From: an uncultured Verrucomicrobiota bacterium
GTDB taxonomy: Bacteria > Verrucomicrobiota > Verrucomicrobiia > Palsa-1439
DNA length: 57,157 bases
NCBI GenBank assembly: GCA_964574605.1
Contig: CAZNOK010000003.1
Span: 1-57,157 of the forward strand
Direction: 5' to 3'
Positions 48,797 to 57,157 of the stretch are shown here, in pieces (position 1 is the stretch's first letter; each line of letters begins with the position of its first letter). The translations under genes were made by a program, and so were the position numbers. The notes below the pieces were generated by a model. It was not told the DNA's origin and searched no databases. It saw only the letters and a program-made list of their open reading frames with translations.

Positions 48797-49645
48797 ATGA
48801 ACCAGCCAACCAAGAACAGCGCGCGGATGGGAGTGTTGCTGGCGGCATTGGTTCTGTCCACGCTCGCATCAGGGCAAACCACTCGTGACGGCTTTGTGGA
48901 GGCGTTGCCAACGTTTGCCAGCGGACCGCACGCCCGCAAGCATGCGGTTTATCAGCACGAGAAATTCTCCGCTTGGTTCGACGCCAAGGGAGTCCTCCGG
49001 GTGCAGCCGCTCGACAAGGGGAAACCGGTCGGCAGAGCCTTCACCTGCCTCGCGGTCGAGCCGTTCTACGTTGACAAGTCCGGCACGTACTGGGCTCGCG
49101 CGCCAAAACGTTTTCTGGATCCTTCAGCACCCAGCGTCATTCCGTCTGGGGGCGGGAAAATCCGGCTCAAGGGCCGGTTGGACGAAAACATCCCGTTCAC
49201 GGCGGAATTCACATTCTCCGGCAACACCATCAAGGCAAGCGGCGGCTGTCAAGACAACCCGGCTACCACGCCGCCGACGAGGTTCCGCCTGATGGCGCGT
49301 TTCTCTCCCACGCACAGTTTCACCAACACCCCGCCAGCCGCCCAGATTGAAGCCGCCACGAAAGGGATGACTTTGGAAGTGCGCCCGAAAACCGACCCGA
49401 ACTCACCGACGGTGTACCCGTATGCGGCGAAAATCCTCAATCTAGCCGGGCCATACGCGTCCATGATCGCGCGCGGCGCCTTCGGGCCACGGGTAGTTAC
49501 ATTCAAGCCCGTCGGCCGTGAAGGCATATTGTACGGCTACATCTATTCGGGATACAGCCCGTGGCAGGGGTTTTGCGTCCAGTACATCACCCAAGGCAAG
49601 AAGATCAACCTCACCCAAAACGAAACCCTGATGACGATCGAGTGA
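48797..49645 (+). CDS. Secreted hypothetical protein, tandem paralog 2
   Basis: Signal peptide; shares GQTTRDGFV.ALPTFASGPHARKHAVYQHEKFSAWFDAKG and full-length collinearity with paralog 1. Confidence 0.8.
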   Translation: MNQPTKNSARMGVLLAALVLSTLASGQTTRDGFVEALPTFASGPHARKHAVYQHEKFSAWFDAKGVLRVQPLDKGKPVGRAFTCLAVEPFYVDKSGTYWARAPKRFLDPSAPSVIPSGGGKIRLKGRLDENIPFTAEFTFSGNTIKASGGCQDNPATTPPTRFRLMARFSPTHSFTNTPPAAQIEAATKGMTLEVRPKTDPNSPTVYPYAAKILNLAGPYASMIARGAFGPRVVTFKPVGREGILYGYIYSGYSPWQGFCVQYITQGKKINLTQNETLMTIE

Positions 49646-49658
49646 CCGAGGCGAACGG

Positions 49659-50801
49659 TTACGGATAGCGTCGGGCTTGGAGGATTTCGAGGGCGATGAG
49701 GCTGTAGGCGGTGCAGAGCACGGGATCGTTCTCCCACCAGCGGTTGTTTTCGTTCTGCCAGAAACCGTCCGCCTTCTGGAGTATGACGAGTTTCTTCATC
49801 AACTCATACCGCCAGTCGTGTTTCCTCCCCTTCGCATCGGTGAACGTGTCGTCGCCATACACCGTCAACGACTTGGCGAACGTGTGAAAGTAGTAATACA
49901 GGCCTTGCGCGCCCATGCCGGGGTTTTCGTCGAGCGAGTAGTTGCGCTTCAGCCACTCGACGGCGGCTTTCACGCGCGGGTCATCCTTCTTCAACTCCGC
50001 GTAAATGTAGCTCTTCAATCCGGCGTAGCTCATCGAGCCGTAACTGCGCAACGGCGTCTTCTCGTCCATCGCCGGCTCCTCGTCGGCGAAACTCATGCCG
50101 GGCATATAGACGAACCCGCCGGCGTCGGATTCGCGGACGTTTTTGGCCCACGGCTGGTCGTTGGCCGACGGCAGGTTTTGGCAACGCTGGAGAAACTTCA
50201 CAGCCTTGTTCCAGTGCAACCGCGTGCCGGTATGCGGCGACTCGTCGCTGGCGCGCGTCTCCAGCGACTCGGTCAGACGGATCGCTTCGAGCGCCCACTG
50301 CGTGTTCGAGAGATCAGGCCGCTCCCGCTTGCCGTAACCGATGCCGCCGTAGCTCGTGTCCGCTTCCTTCACGTTCTCGCCGGCGTCGAATTGCGTATCG
50401 AGCAGGAACCGTCGGGCGCGCTTGATTGTGTCGGTCAACTCCGGTTTGCCCGTCGCCAGCAATGCCATCGTGCAAATCGCCGTCGAGTAATTCGGATACT
50501 TGTCGGTCTCGCCGCCGCCGTAGATGGCGCCGTTCGGCTTGACGTTGGAGAGGATGAACTTCACCGCGCGGTCCATCGCGTCCTTTGGCGGTTTCTCGCT
50601 TCGGGCCAGCGCCGTCAATGCCAGCCCCGTGATGGCGGGATGCTTGCGCCACGAGCCGTCGGCTTCCTGCTGTTTCAGCAGCCACGCCATGCCGCGTTCC
50701 TGCGTACGCGCGACCTCCTGCAACAGCGAGATGTCTTTCTGGCTCGGCAGTTCCGCAGCCATTACAGCCCCGGCAAACATACACAGCAACATTGTTTTCA
50801 T
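49659..50801 (-). CDS. Prenyltransferase/squalene-cyclase (QW-type) repeat protein, secreted
   Basis: WLLKQQEADGSW, GGIGYG, DLSNTQ, FLQRCQ..GGFVY, LQKADGFW. Confidence 0.82.
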   Translation of the reverse strand: MKTMLLCMFAGAVMAAELPSQKDISLLQEVARTQERGMAWLLKQQEADGSWRKHPAITGLALTALARSEKPPKDAMDRAVKFILSNVKPNGAIYGGGETDKYPNYSTAICTMALLATGKPELTDTIKRARRFLLDTQFDAGENVKEADTSYGGIGYGKRERPDLSNTQWALEAIRLTESLETRASDESPHTGTRLHWNKAVKFLQRCQNLPSANDQPWAKNVRESDAGGFVYMPGMSFADEEPAMDEKTPLRSYGSMSYAGLKSYIYAELKKDDPRVKAAVEWLKRNYSLDENPGMGAQGLYYYFHTFAKSLTVYGDDTFTDAKGRKHDWRYELMKKLVILQKADGFWQNENNRWWENDPVLCTAYSLIALEILQARRYP

Positions 50802-50911
50802 GGCAGCTCACCTTATGCCGTCTGTTCTTTCCTTGTCAAACCCGGCTTTCAGAACGACTGTAACCTTTCCCGTGGCCAGTGCGTCTGGAGGGATGAACGA
50901 AAGGAAACGCC

Positions 50912-51862
50912 ATGTTCACAAAACTTCTGAGCCGTGTCTCGGTGACCGTGCTGGTGCTGGGCGGCGCGCTGAGCCTGCTCCCCATCGCCCGCGCCGCACA
51001 ACCCCAAGCCGCGGCTGGTGCTCGCATCCGCGAGCGATTCGAGGAAATGGTCACGGAGTTGAAACTGTCCGACGACCAACAGTGGAAGTTGCGGGAGATA
51101 CTCCAGAACCAAATGGAAAAGGCCAAGGAGGTGCAGGGCGACACGAACCTCTCCGGCGAGCAAAAGTTGAAGGAGCTGAATGCCATCCGCGGAAACTTCG
51201 AGCCGCAATTGAAGGAGATTCTCAGGCCGGAACAGGTGACCAAGTGGGAGGCGCTGCGCGATAGAATGCGCGCCGAAGACGCCCCAGCCGTCACCGGTGA
51301 CCGCGGTCGCAACCGGATGGAGGAAATCGCCAAGGAGTTGCAGTTGACAGACGAGCAACAGTCGAAACTGCGAGACGTGTTTCAAGGCCCGGCAGAAGAG
51401 TTCAAGGCGCTGCGCGCCAACACGAATTTGTCGAACGAGCAAAAGATGAAGGAGTTCCAAGCCATTCAGCAGAAGATCGAGCCACAGGTGAAGGCGATCC
51501 TCACGCCGGAGCAGTTCGCCAAATGGCAGGTGTTGCGAGAGAAAATGACCGCCCAATCGGCCGCCGGAGTCCGAGACCGGATGGCGGCCATCGCCGTGGA
51601 GTTGAAGCTGACCGATGAGCAAAAGGCGAAGCTCAAAGAAGTGTTTCAAGGCCCGACGGAACAGATCAAGGCGTTGCGCGCCAACACGAACCTGACGCCC
51701 GAACAGAAGATGAAGGAGTATCAGGCCATTCAGGAGAAGGTTGAGCCGCAGGTGAAGGAGATTCTCACGCCCGAACAATTCACCAAGTGGCAGGCCGAGC
51801 GCGAGAAACTGCGCGCCGAGATGCGTCAGAGATTCGGCAAGCAATCGCCTTCCTCCAAATAA
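50912..51862 (+). CDS. Periplasmic Spy/CpxP-like helical repeat protein (three LTxEQ modules)
   Basis: Signal peptide; three repeats of L.LTDEQ..KL....NLS.EQK......ILTPEQ..KW. Confidence 0.8.
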   Translation: MFTKLLSRVSVTVLVLGGALSLLPIARAAQPQAAAGARIRERFEEMVTELKLSDDQQWKLREILQNQMEKAKEVQGDTNLSGEQKLKELNAIRGNFEPQLKEILRPEQVTKWEALRDRMRAEDAPAVTGDRGRNRMEEIAKELQLTDEQQSKLRDVFQGPAEEFKALRANTNLSNEQKMKEFQAIQQKIEPQVKAILTPEQFAKWQVLREKMTAQSAAGVRDRMAAIAVELKLTDEQKAKLKEVFQGPTEQIKALRANTNLTPEQKMKEYQAIQEKVEPQVKEILTPEQFTKWQAEREKLRAEMRQRFGKQSPSSK

Positions 51863-51927
51863 CAGCGGTCGTTGTCTCGCCTCGATTTCGCTTTTCTTGG
51901 CACAGTGGCCCGCGTACTCTCGCGCGC

Positions 51928-52881
51928 ATGGTTGAAGGCTCCCAGATAGACGCCGCCCGACTCGACACCCGGCGCGATTTTCTGAAACGGGTTGCCGTCC
52001 TACCGGTGGCACTGATGATCGCGCAGCAGTACTCGAAAAGTTCCGCTCATGCCGCAACTGACGAAGGCAAAATGCCGCTGGTGCCGTTTGGCAAGCATCT
52101 CATGTCACGCCTTGTCTGCGGCGCGAACCCGTTCAATGGCGGCTCGCATCTCTCCGGGTTCGTCAACCGCGAGATGCGCGCCTACTACACGCCAGAACAA
52201 ATTCTCAAGACCTTGCGCCGTTGCCAGGAGTGCGGCGTCAATTTCTGGCAGTCCGCCGGGAAGAACGTCGAGCTGTACGAACGACTCGTGGCCGAGGGCA
52301 GCCAGATGTGTTACATCTCGCTCGCCACGAACCCGGACGAAATCCCGCCGCTGCTCAAAGCCGGCACTGTCGGCATCGCGCATCACGGCGAAGTCACCGA
52401 CCGCCTCTTCAAGGACGGCCAACTCGACAAGGTCAACGAGTTACTGAAACGCGTGCGCGCCGCCGGGCTGATGGTGGGCGTCTCCACCCACATGCCAGCG
52501 GTCGTGGACGCCATCGAATCGAAAGGGTGGGACCTCGACTTCTACATGACCTGCGTCTATGAACGCCATCGTTCTGCCGAGGAACTGAAACAGCTTTTGG
52601 GCTATGTCCCGTTGCCCGTGCGCGAGGTTTACCTCGAAGAGGACCCGCCGCGCATGTTCAAGGCAATCCGCCAAACCAAGCGCACCTGTCTCGCGTTTAA
52701 GATCCTCGCCGCCGGCCGCCTCTGCGAGAACAAAGCGTCCGTGGAAAAAGCTTTTCGGCAGACCTTCGAGGGCATCAAGTCCACCGACGCCGTCATCATC
52801 GGTATCTACGACCGTTACACCGACCAACCCGCCGAAGATGCCGAGTTCACGCGGCGGTTCGGATCAACAACGAAGAGTTGA
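51928..52881 (+). CDS. Tat-exported hypothetical protein, possibly AKR-like TIM barrel
   Basis: RRDFLK twin-arginine motif; SRLVCGANPF.G.SH, HHGEVTD, AFKILAAGR. Confidence 0.75.
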   Translation: MVEGSQIDAARLDTRRDFLKRVAVLPVALMIAQQYSKSSAHAATDEGKMPLVPFGKHLMSRLVCGANPFNGGSHLSGFVNREMRAYYTPEQILKTLRRCQECGVNFWQSAGKNVELYERLVAEGSQMCYISLATNPDEIPPLLKAGTVGIAHHGEVTDRLFKDGQLDKVNELLKRVRAAGLMVGVSTHMPAVVDAIESKGWDLDFYMTCVYERHRSAEELKQLLGYVPLPVREVYLEEDPPRMFKAIRQTKRTCLAFKILAAGRLCENKASVEKAFRQTFEGIKSTDAVIIGIYDRYTDQPAEDAEFTRRFGSTTKS

Positions 52882-54222
52882 ATGAGAAAAACGCTCTGGG
52901 CAGCGTTTCTAGGAGCAGTTGTTGTGGGACAAGGTCCGACTGCGGCGCGGTCGGATGATATTCCCAAGCCCGTGGTGATTGCCACCGACTGCTACGTCCG
53001 CTCCGTCAAGTATGAGAAACACAGTTTCCACGGCGTTACTTACGACACCAGCGGACTGCCATCGGCAACCATGGTTTCGGCCTGCCTCTGGCCCAGAGCC
53101 GTCCGCTTCGTCGGCCAGCACGACCGGACTTACGTGACCTTCGGCGACCCCGAGTGCCACCCGGCGATTGTCTTCTACGACCATCGCGCCAAGAAATGGT
53201 CCAAGCCGCGGCAGGTCGGCAAAACAGGAGTCGTGGATGACAGCCACGGCCTGCCGACCTTGGCGATCAACCATGAAGGATATCTTCACGTCGTCTTCGG
53301 TTCGCACGGCGGCAAACAGTACGTAACGAGATCGTCTGTGCCCGAGGAGACCGACCGGTGGGATCCGACCGCCGTGGTTGCTCCCAACGCCACGTACTCC
53401 GATTTGTATTTTGTCGGGGACACGTTTCACATTTTCCACCGGGGGCAACCGGGCGCGTGGGGTTTCCGGACCAGTGACGACGGCGGAAAGAGTTGGTCGG
53501 ATTTCCGCGGTGTCTGCCGGGATTTTACGAAGCCGTTCAAGGGCGTTTTCTACCCGGCGCTCTCGCTCGGCACTGCAAAACCGATGCCGCGACTGCACAT
53601 GTTCTGGCTCTACTACGGCACGCCGGGCTGGAAAGACATGTATTACGCCGTCTCACACGACTTGGGCGCCACCTGGCAGCGTGCCGATAACCAACCCATC
53701 GGCCAACACATCGAGCACGGCCAAGGCGACCCAGTGTACAAGGGCGACACCCACGGCTGGCACCAACAGATTGTGATTGATCCGTCGGGCCGGCCGGGGC
53801 TGATGTTCGGCACCGGCGGTCCTGCTCTCGTTGACGACAACCGCATCCTGTTCGCTTATTGGACCGGCAAGGAATGGAAGGTCAGTAAAATCTGCGATGT
53901 CGCTTCTCGATATTGCGCCGGGGCCGTGCTGGTCAAGGGAGCCGATCACTACCGCGCGTATCTGCCGAACGGCAAATGGAACGGCGGCGAAATCTTCGAG
54001 CACGAAACGACCGACGGCGGTCGGACATGGAAATTCACGCGCAACATCACGCGAAACTCATCCGCCCCCAACAATTCGCCGCAGGCCGTCGTGAACGCCT
54101 CGCCCGAGCTTCAGATCGTCTGGTGTTCCGGTGACCGCGGCGTCGAGGGAAAGCTGCACGCGTGGGGCGAAGCCGGCAGCCTGCCAGAGCAGGCTGATCC
54201 TTTGATTGAAGTGATCCGGTAG
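52882..54222 (+). CDS. Secreted BNR/Asp-box repeat (beta-propeller) protein
   Basis: Asp-boxes SDDGGKSW, SHDLGATW, TTDGGRTW; DSHGLP...GYLHV. Confidence 0.82.
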   Translation: MRKTLWAAFLGAVVVGQGPTAARSDDIPKPVVIATDCYVRSVKYEKHSFHGVTYDTSGLPSATMVSACLWPRAVRFVGQHDRTYVTFGDPECHPAIVFYDHRAKKWSKPRQVGKTGVVDDSHGLPTLAINHEGYLHVVFGSHGGKQYVTRSSVPEETDRWDPTAVVAPNATYSDLYFVGDTFHIFHRGQPGAWGFRTSDDGGKSWSDFRGVCRDFTKPFKGVFYPALSLGTAKPMPRLHMFWLYYGTPGWKDMYYAVSHDLGATWQRADNQPIGQHIEHGQGDPVYKGDTHGWHQQIVIDPSGRPGLMFGTGGPALVDDNRILFAYWTGKEWKVSKICDVASRYCAGAVLVKGADHYRAYLPNGKWNGGEIFEHETTDGGRTWKFTRNITRNSSAPNNSPQAVVNASPELQIVWCSGDRGVEGKLHAWGEAGSLPEQADPLIEVIR

Positions 54223-54232
54223 TAGTTGAAAC

Positions 54233-54378
54233 GGGCGCATCTGGACACTGCCACATCTTTTCCAGAACTGTAGCCGCGAGCCTGCTCGCGGCAAGGGCTA
54301 ACCAGCACGAAATCAGCACAGCCGCGAGCAGGCTCGCGGCTACAACGAACACCGGGTGGCAGTGTCAAGATGCGCCCC
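54233..54378. mobile_element. MITE-like element with 22-bp terminal inverted repeats and an 8-bp flanking duplication
   Basis: GGGCGCATCTGGACACTGCCAC (54233-54254) and GTGGCAGTGTCAAGATGCGCCC (54356-54377), one mismatch; GTTGAAAC at 54225-54232 and 54379-54386. Confidence 0.75.
54269..54344. repeat. GTAG-type REP doublet nested in the MITE
   Basis: TGTAGCCGCGAGCCTGCTCGCGGC and its perfect 24-bp inverse GCCGCGAGCAGGCTCGCGGCTACA. Confidence 0.88.
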
Positions 54379-54461
54379 GTTGAAACCAGTATTACACATT
54401 CAGCTTTTCTTGACCCGGCCGCCAGAGTATTCTGGCGCGCGCATCCAACAGGAGGTACACC

Positions 54462-55805
54462 ATGACGCGACGTGAATTCATCCACACCGCAGCGGCGAGC
54501 ACTGCCGCTATCACCTGCCTCAGCATCCAAAGCGCACCTAACGTGTCCGCAGCCGGCGCGTCGGTCATGGACCTGCGCGTGCCGAAGATGGATCGCGTCC
54601 GCGTGGGATCCGTCGGTCTCGGCAAGCGCGGCTTCCCCGCGTTCCGCCGCCTGCTGGCGATCGAAGGCGTCGAAATCACGGCACTGTGCGACCTCCGCGC
54701 CGAGTGCGTCGCCGCCGCACAGAAGATGCTCGCCGACGCAAACCGGCCGGCGGCGAAGGAATTCGGGAAGACCGAGGACGACTGGAAGCGAATGTGCGCT
54801 GACGGCAACGTTGACCTCGTTTACAACGCCACGCCGAGGCCTCTGCACGCCCCGATCGCCATCTTCGCGATGAAGCAGGGCAAGCACGCCGCGAGCGAGG
54901 TGCCGGCGGCCCGGACACTGGAGGAGTGCTGGCAACTGGTTGACACTGCCGAGGCGACGCAGCGCCACTGCATGATGCTCGAGAACTGCTGCTATGGCGA
55001 AACCGAGCTGATGTTCCTGCGCATGTGCCGCGAGGGTGTGCTGGGTGAGTTGATGCACGCCGATGCGGCCTACATCCACGACACTCGCGACCTCAATGTG
55101 AGCGGCGCAGGCCACCCGCCCGGGTGGCGGCTCGATGATTTTCGGCGGCGCAACGGCAACGTCTATCCGACCCACGGCCTCGGCCCCGTCGCCCAGTATA
55201 TGGGCATCAACCGCGGCGACCGCTTCGACTACATGGTTTCGATGAGCTCAAACGAGCGCGCCATGACCCTCTGGGCCGAATCACACTATCCGCCGGAGGA
55301 TCCGCGGCGGAAGGCGACCTACACGCTGGGCGACATGAACACCACCCTGATCCGCACCGTGAAGGGCCGCACGATCATGCTGCAGAACGCCATGAACAGC
55401 CCCCGCCCCTACAGCCGCCTGAATCTGATCTCCGGCACGAAGGGCTGCTGCGCTGACTATCCGCCCCGCGTGGCAATCGAACCCAAGCCGCACGACTGGA
55501 TCCAAGGCGACGCGCTGAAGGACTACTACCGTAAATACGCCCACCCGCTGTGGGCCAAGGTCGGCGAGACCGCCAAGAAATTGGGCGGTCACGGCGGCAT
55601 GGACTTCGTCATGGATTGGCGGATGATCTACTGCCTGCGCAACGGCGAACCGCTGGATCAGAGCGTCTATGATGCGGCCGCTTGGAGCGCGATCGGTCCC
55701 CTGAGCGATTGGTCCGTCGCCCACGGCAGCCGCCCCGTCGAGGTCCCGGACTTCACGCGCGGCGTGTGGAAGACCACGCCACCGCTCGCCATCGTCGGCG
55801 GCTGA
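54462..55805 (+). CDS. Tat-exported GH109-like (alpha-N-acetylgalactosaminidase-type) Gfo/Idh/MocA protein
   Basis: AGGAGG RBS, MTRREF, SEVPAA, MMLENCCY, YPTHGLGP, GGHGGMD. Confidence 0.9.
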   Translation: MTRREFIHTAAASTAAITCLSIQSAPNVSAAGASVMDLRVPKMDRVRVGSVGLGKRGFPAFRRLLAIEGVEITALCDLRAECVAAAQKMLADANRPAAKEFGKTEDDWKRMCADGNVDLVYNATPRPLHAPIAIFAMKQGKHAASEVPAARTLEECWQLVDTAEATQRHCMMLENCCYGETELMFLRMCREGVLGELMHADAAYIHDTRDLNVSGAGHPPGWRLDDFRRRNGNVYPTHGLGPVAQYMGINRGDRFDYMVSMSSNERAMTLWAESHYPPEDPRRKATYTLGDMNTTLIRTVKGRTIMLQNAMNSPRPYSRLNLISGTKGCCADYPPRVAIEPKPHDWIQGDALKDYYRKYAHPLWAKVGETAKKLGGHGGMDFVMDWRMIYCLRNGEPLDQSVYDAAAWSAIGPLSDWSVAHGSRPVEVPDFTRGVWKTTPPLAIVGG

Positions 55806-56048
55806 TCGTGCCCTTCCGATTCCGTTCGCTATTTCGTTCAGGTTCCAACACTGGATATTTGGCTTTTCTTGACGCCACCAACGGTGTACTTATTCAGGCA
55901 TGACTGAACCGCAGCGTCATGGACGACATCCTCGAAGCGATCCAGAAAATCCACTCTGTATGGCACGGCGTTGGCGAAGAAGCCGTAAAAGGACTTTTTG
56001 GATGTTGAGTCTAGCCCCAATTCATTGTTCTTACCATCCGAAGATGAA

Positions 56049-56765
56049 TCACCGCCCCGTTGGCTCGACTTCCACAACCCTCACGCCACGCTTCTTTAGT
56101 TCGCTTAGCTCCTTTGCAACACTCACATCTTCTTCCAATAAACTACCAGAGCGTGACACAGCGTTCGTCACAAGTATGTAAGACCTCCCCTTTTTTTCAA
56201 CGTCACGCTGAACTATCAGCGCGCTTCGAACAACGAGGTTGCTTGGCCGTCCAATTTTTGATCGGTCGGCCACTATGATGATCTGCTTCGCCTTCGATTT
56301 GAGAACCGCCCGATGCTGATCGAACTCCGCTCGATTGTTCGCAAGGATTCCTCGGCTTCCGCTAACCCCGAAACACCCGATAATGACTTGGCTGACTGCC
56401 GGCATCCGTCTGTTCTCGACGGCCATCTGCCCCCGTATAAGCTCGCCGCCCACAACTTCAATCGGAACTTCCCACTCTCGTTGGACGTCTCGCTCCGCCC
56501 AGTGAAGAACAGCGGCGAGATTGTTCGTGCAAACTCGTGGCAGCCGCGGGCGAGCTATGGCGATTTCCTGTGCGATTTCCATGACGGTGGTACCTGTGCC
56601 AAGAAACAAAACCTTCTGTGGATCCAAGCAGTTCTTGACGACATAACGCGCGATCGCCAGCTTCTCTGCGCGGAAGTCCTGTCTACGTTGCTCGAACGCC
56701 GTCGGTGCGACAGCCGTTCGCTGCACACCGAGGGGTTTTGCCATATTATCCTTCGGGCGTCTCAT
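56049..56765 (-). CDS. DeoR-type C-terminal effector domain protein without HTH
   Basis: FEQR...EKLAIA, LFLGTGTT, VCTNNL, VGGEL, VADRSKIG. Confidence 0.7.
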   Translation of the reverse strand: MRRPKDNMAKPLGVQRTAVAPTAFEQRRQDFRAEKLAIARYVVKNCLDPQKVLFLGTGTTVMEIAQEIAIARPRLPRVCTNNLAAVLHWAERDVQREWEVPIEVVGGELIRGQMAVENRRMPAVSQVIIGCFGVSGSRGILANNRAEFDQHRAVLKSKAKQIIIVADRSKIGRPSNLVVRSALIVQRDVEKKGRSYILVTNAVSRSGSLLEEDVSVAKELSELKKRGVRVVEVEPTGR

Positions 56766-57157
56766 CTGTGTGTGATTAGCAAATGCATTACGTATACGAC
56801 TGGCACTAAACGACCAGCATGGTCGTGGAATCGGTGACGGTACTCGTGTACATCTTGCAAATGTGCATATTCAGAACCAAAGAATTCGTAAAGTCAACAA
56901 ACAAATTACTTCAAAAAAAAGCTTGCTTTTATCCATATTTTTTCTTTACTTTATTTCAAAATGAAAAAGCAAAAATAACATAAATTCCTCACTGTTTTTT
57001 CTCTTTGACCTTGGGTGCGGCGCGACTAGCGTTGCCTCCTCTATTCAGTGGGGTAAACTCCGTCACTTGGTTAGTCGATTATGTTACACGTTGTTCTTGA
57101 ATCGCGTAGCAGCCGGCAAGGGGTTCTTTCGGCCTCGTTGTTGGGGCAGTGCATTTT

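Noticed and set aside
51897-51914. TTGGCAC as a sigma54 promoter
   Set aside because: No GC at the required -12 spacing.
54225-54386. GTTGAAAC as a CRISPR repeat end
   Set aside because: Only 8 bp are shared; a target-site duplication explains it better.
55838-56181. Short ORFs 55838..56077(-) and 55900..56181(+)
   Set aside because: They overlap each other and the DeoR-like gene, with no motif or clear RBS.

Overview
High-GC bacterial DNA. The H-X9-DG prepilin-like gene, heptamer repeats and secreted hypotheticals suggest the PVC superphylum, probably Verrucomicrobiota; this is an inference. Positions 1-34028 hold one tightly coupled minus-strand block of about 31 genes behind a consensus sigma54 promoter (34165-34180). 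In transcription order: (1) a CBS-Ser kinase, DRTGG and HATPase regulatory set interleaved with a HydABC/Hox-like diaphorase (NuoE, a Cys-less thioredoxin-fold protein, a NuoF-GltD fusion, a long HoxU/NuoG-like subunit); (2) group 3d-like HoxYH, a maturation protease and HypA; (3) an HdrD-like protein, EtfBA and a membrane NarI-HdrD-like oxidoreductase; (4) a three-protein phosphorelay; (5) HdrCBA-MvhDG, a two-CW protein and MvhA; (6) HypBFCDE; (7) pyruvate:ferredoxin oxidoreductase running off the left edge. Positions 34362-55805 are a mix of secreted, glycan-acting and hypothetical genes, several apparently leaderless. Small-scale signals: two palindromic elements apparently inserted in frame in hypF; a GTAG-REP doublet found in the hydrogenase block and again inside a MITE with an 8-bp flanking duplication; and an unannotated 36-aa YxxPxL RiPP-leader-like peptide between 36-bp direct repeats. 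The window ends in lower-GC DNA with an HTH-less DeoR-type domain. No rRNA, tRNA or CRISPR array was recognised. All protein calls come from motif recognition by eye, not from database searches.
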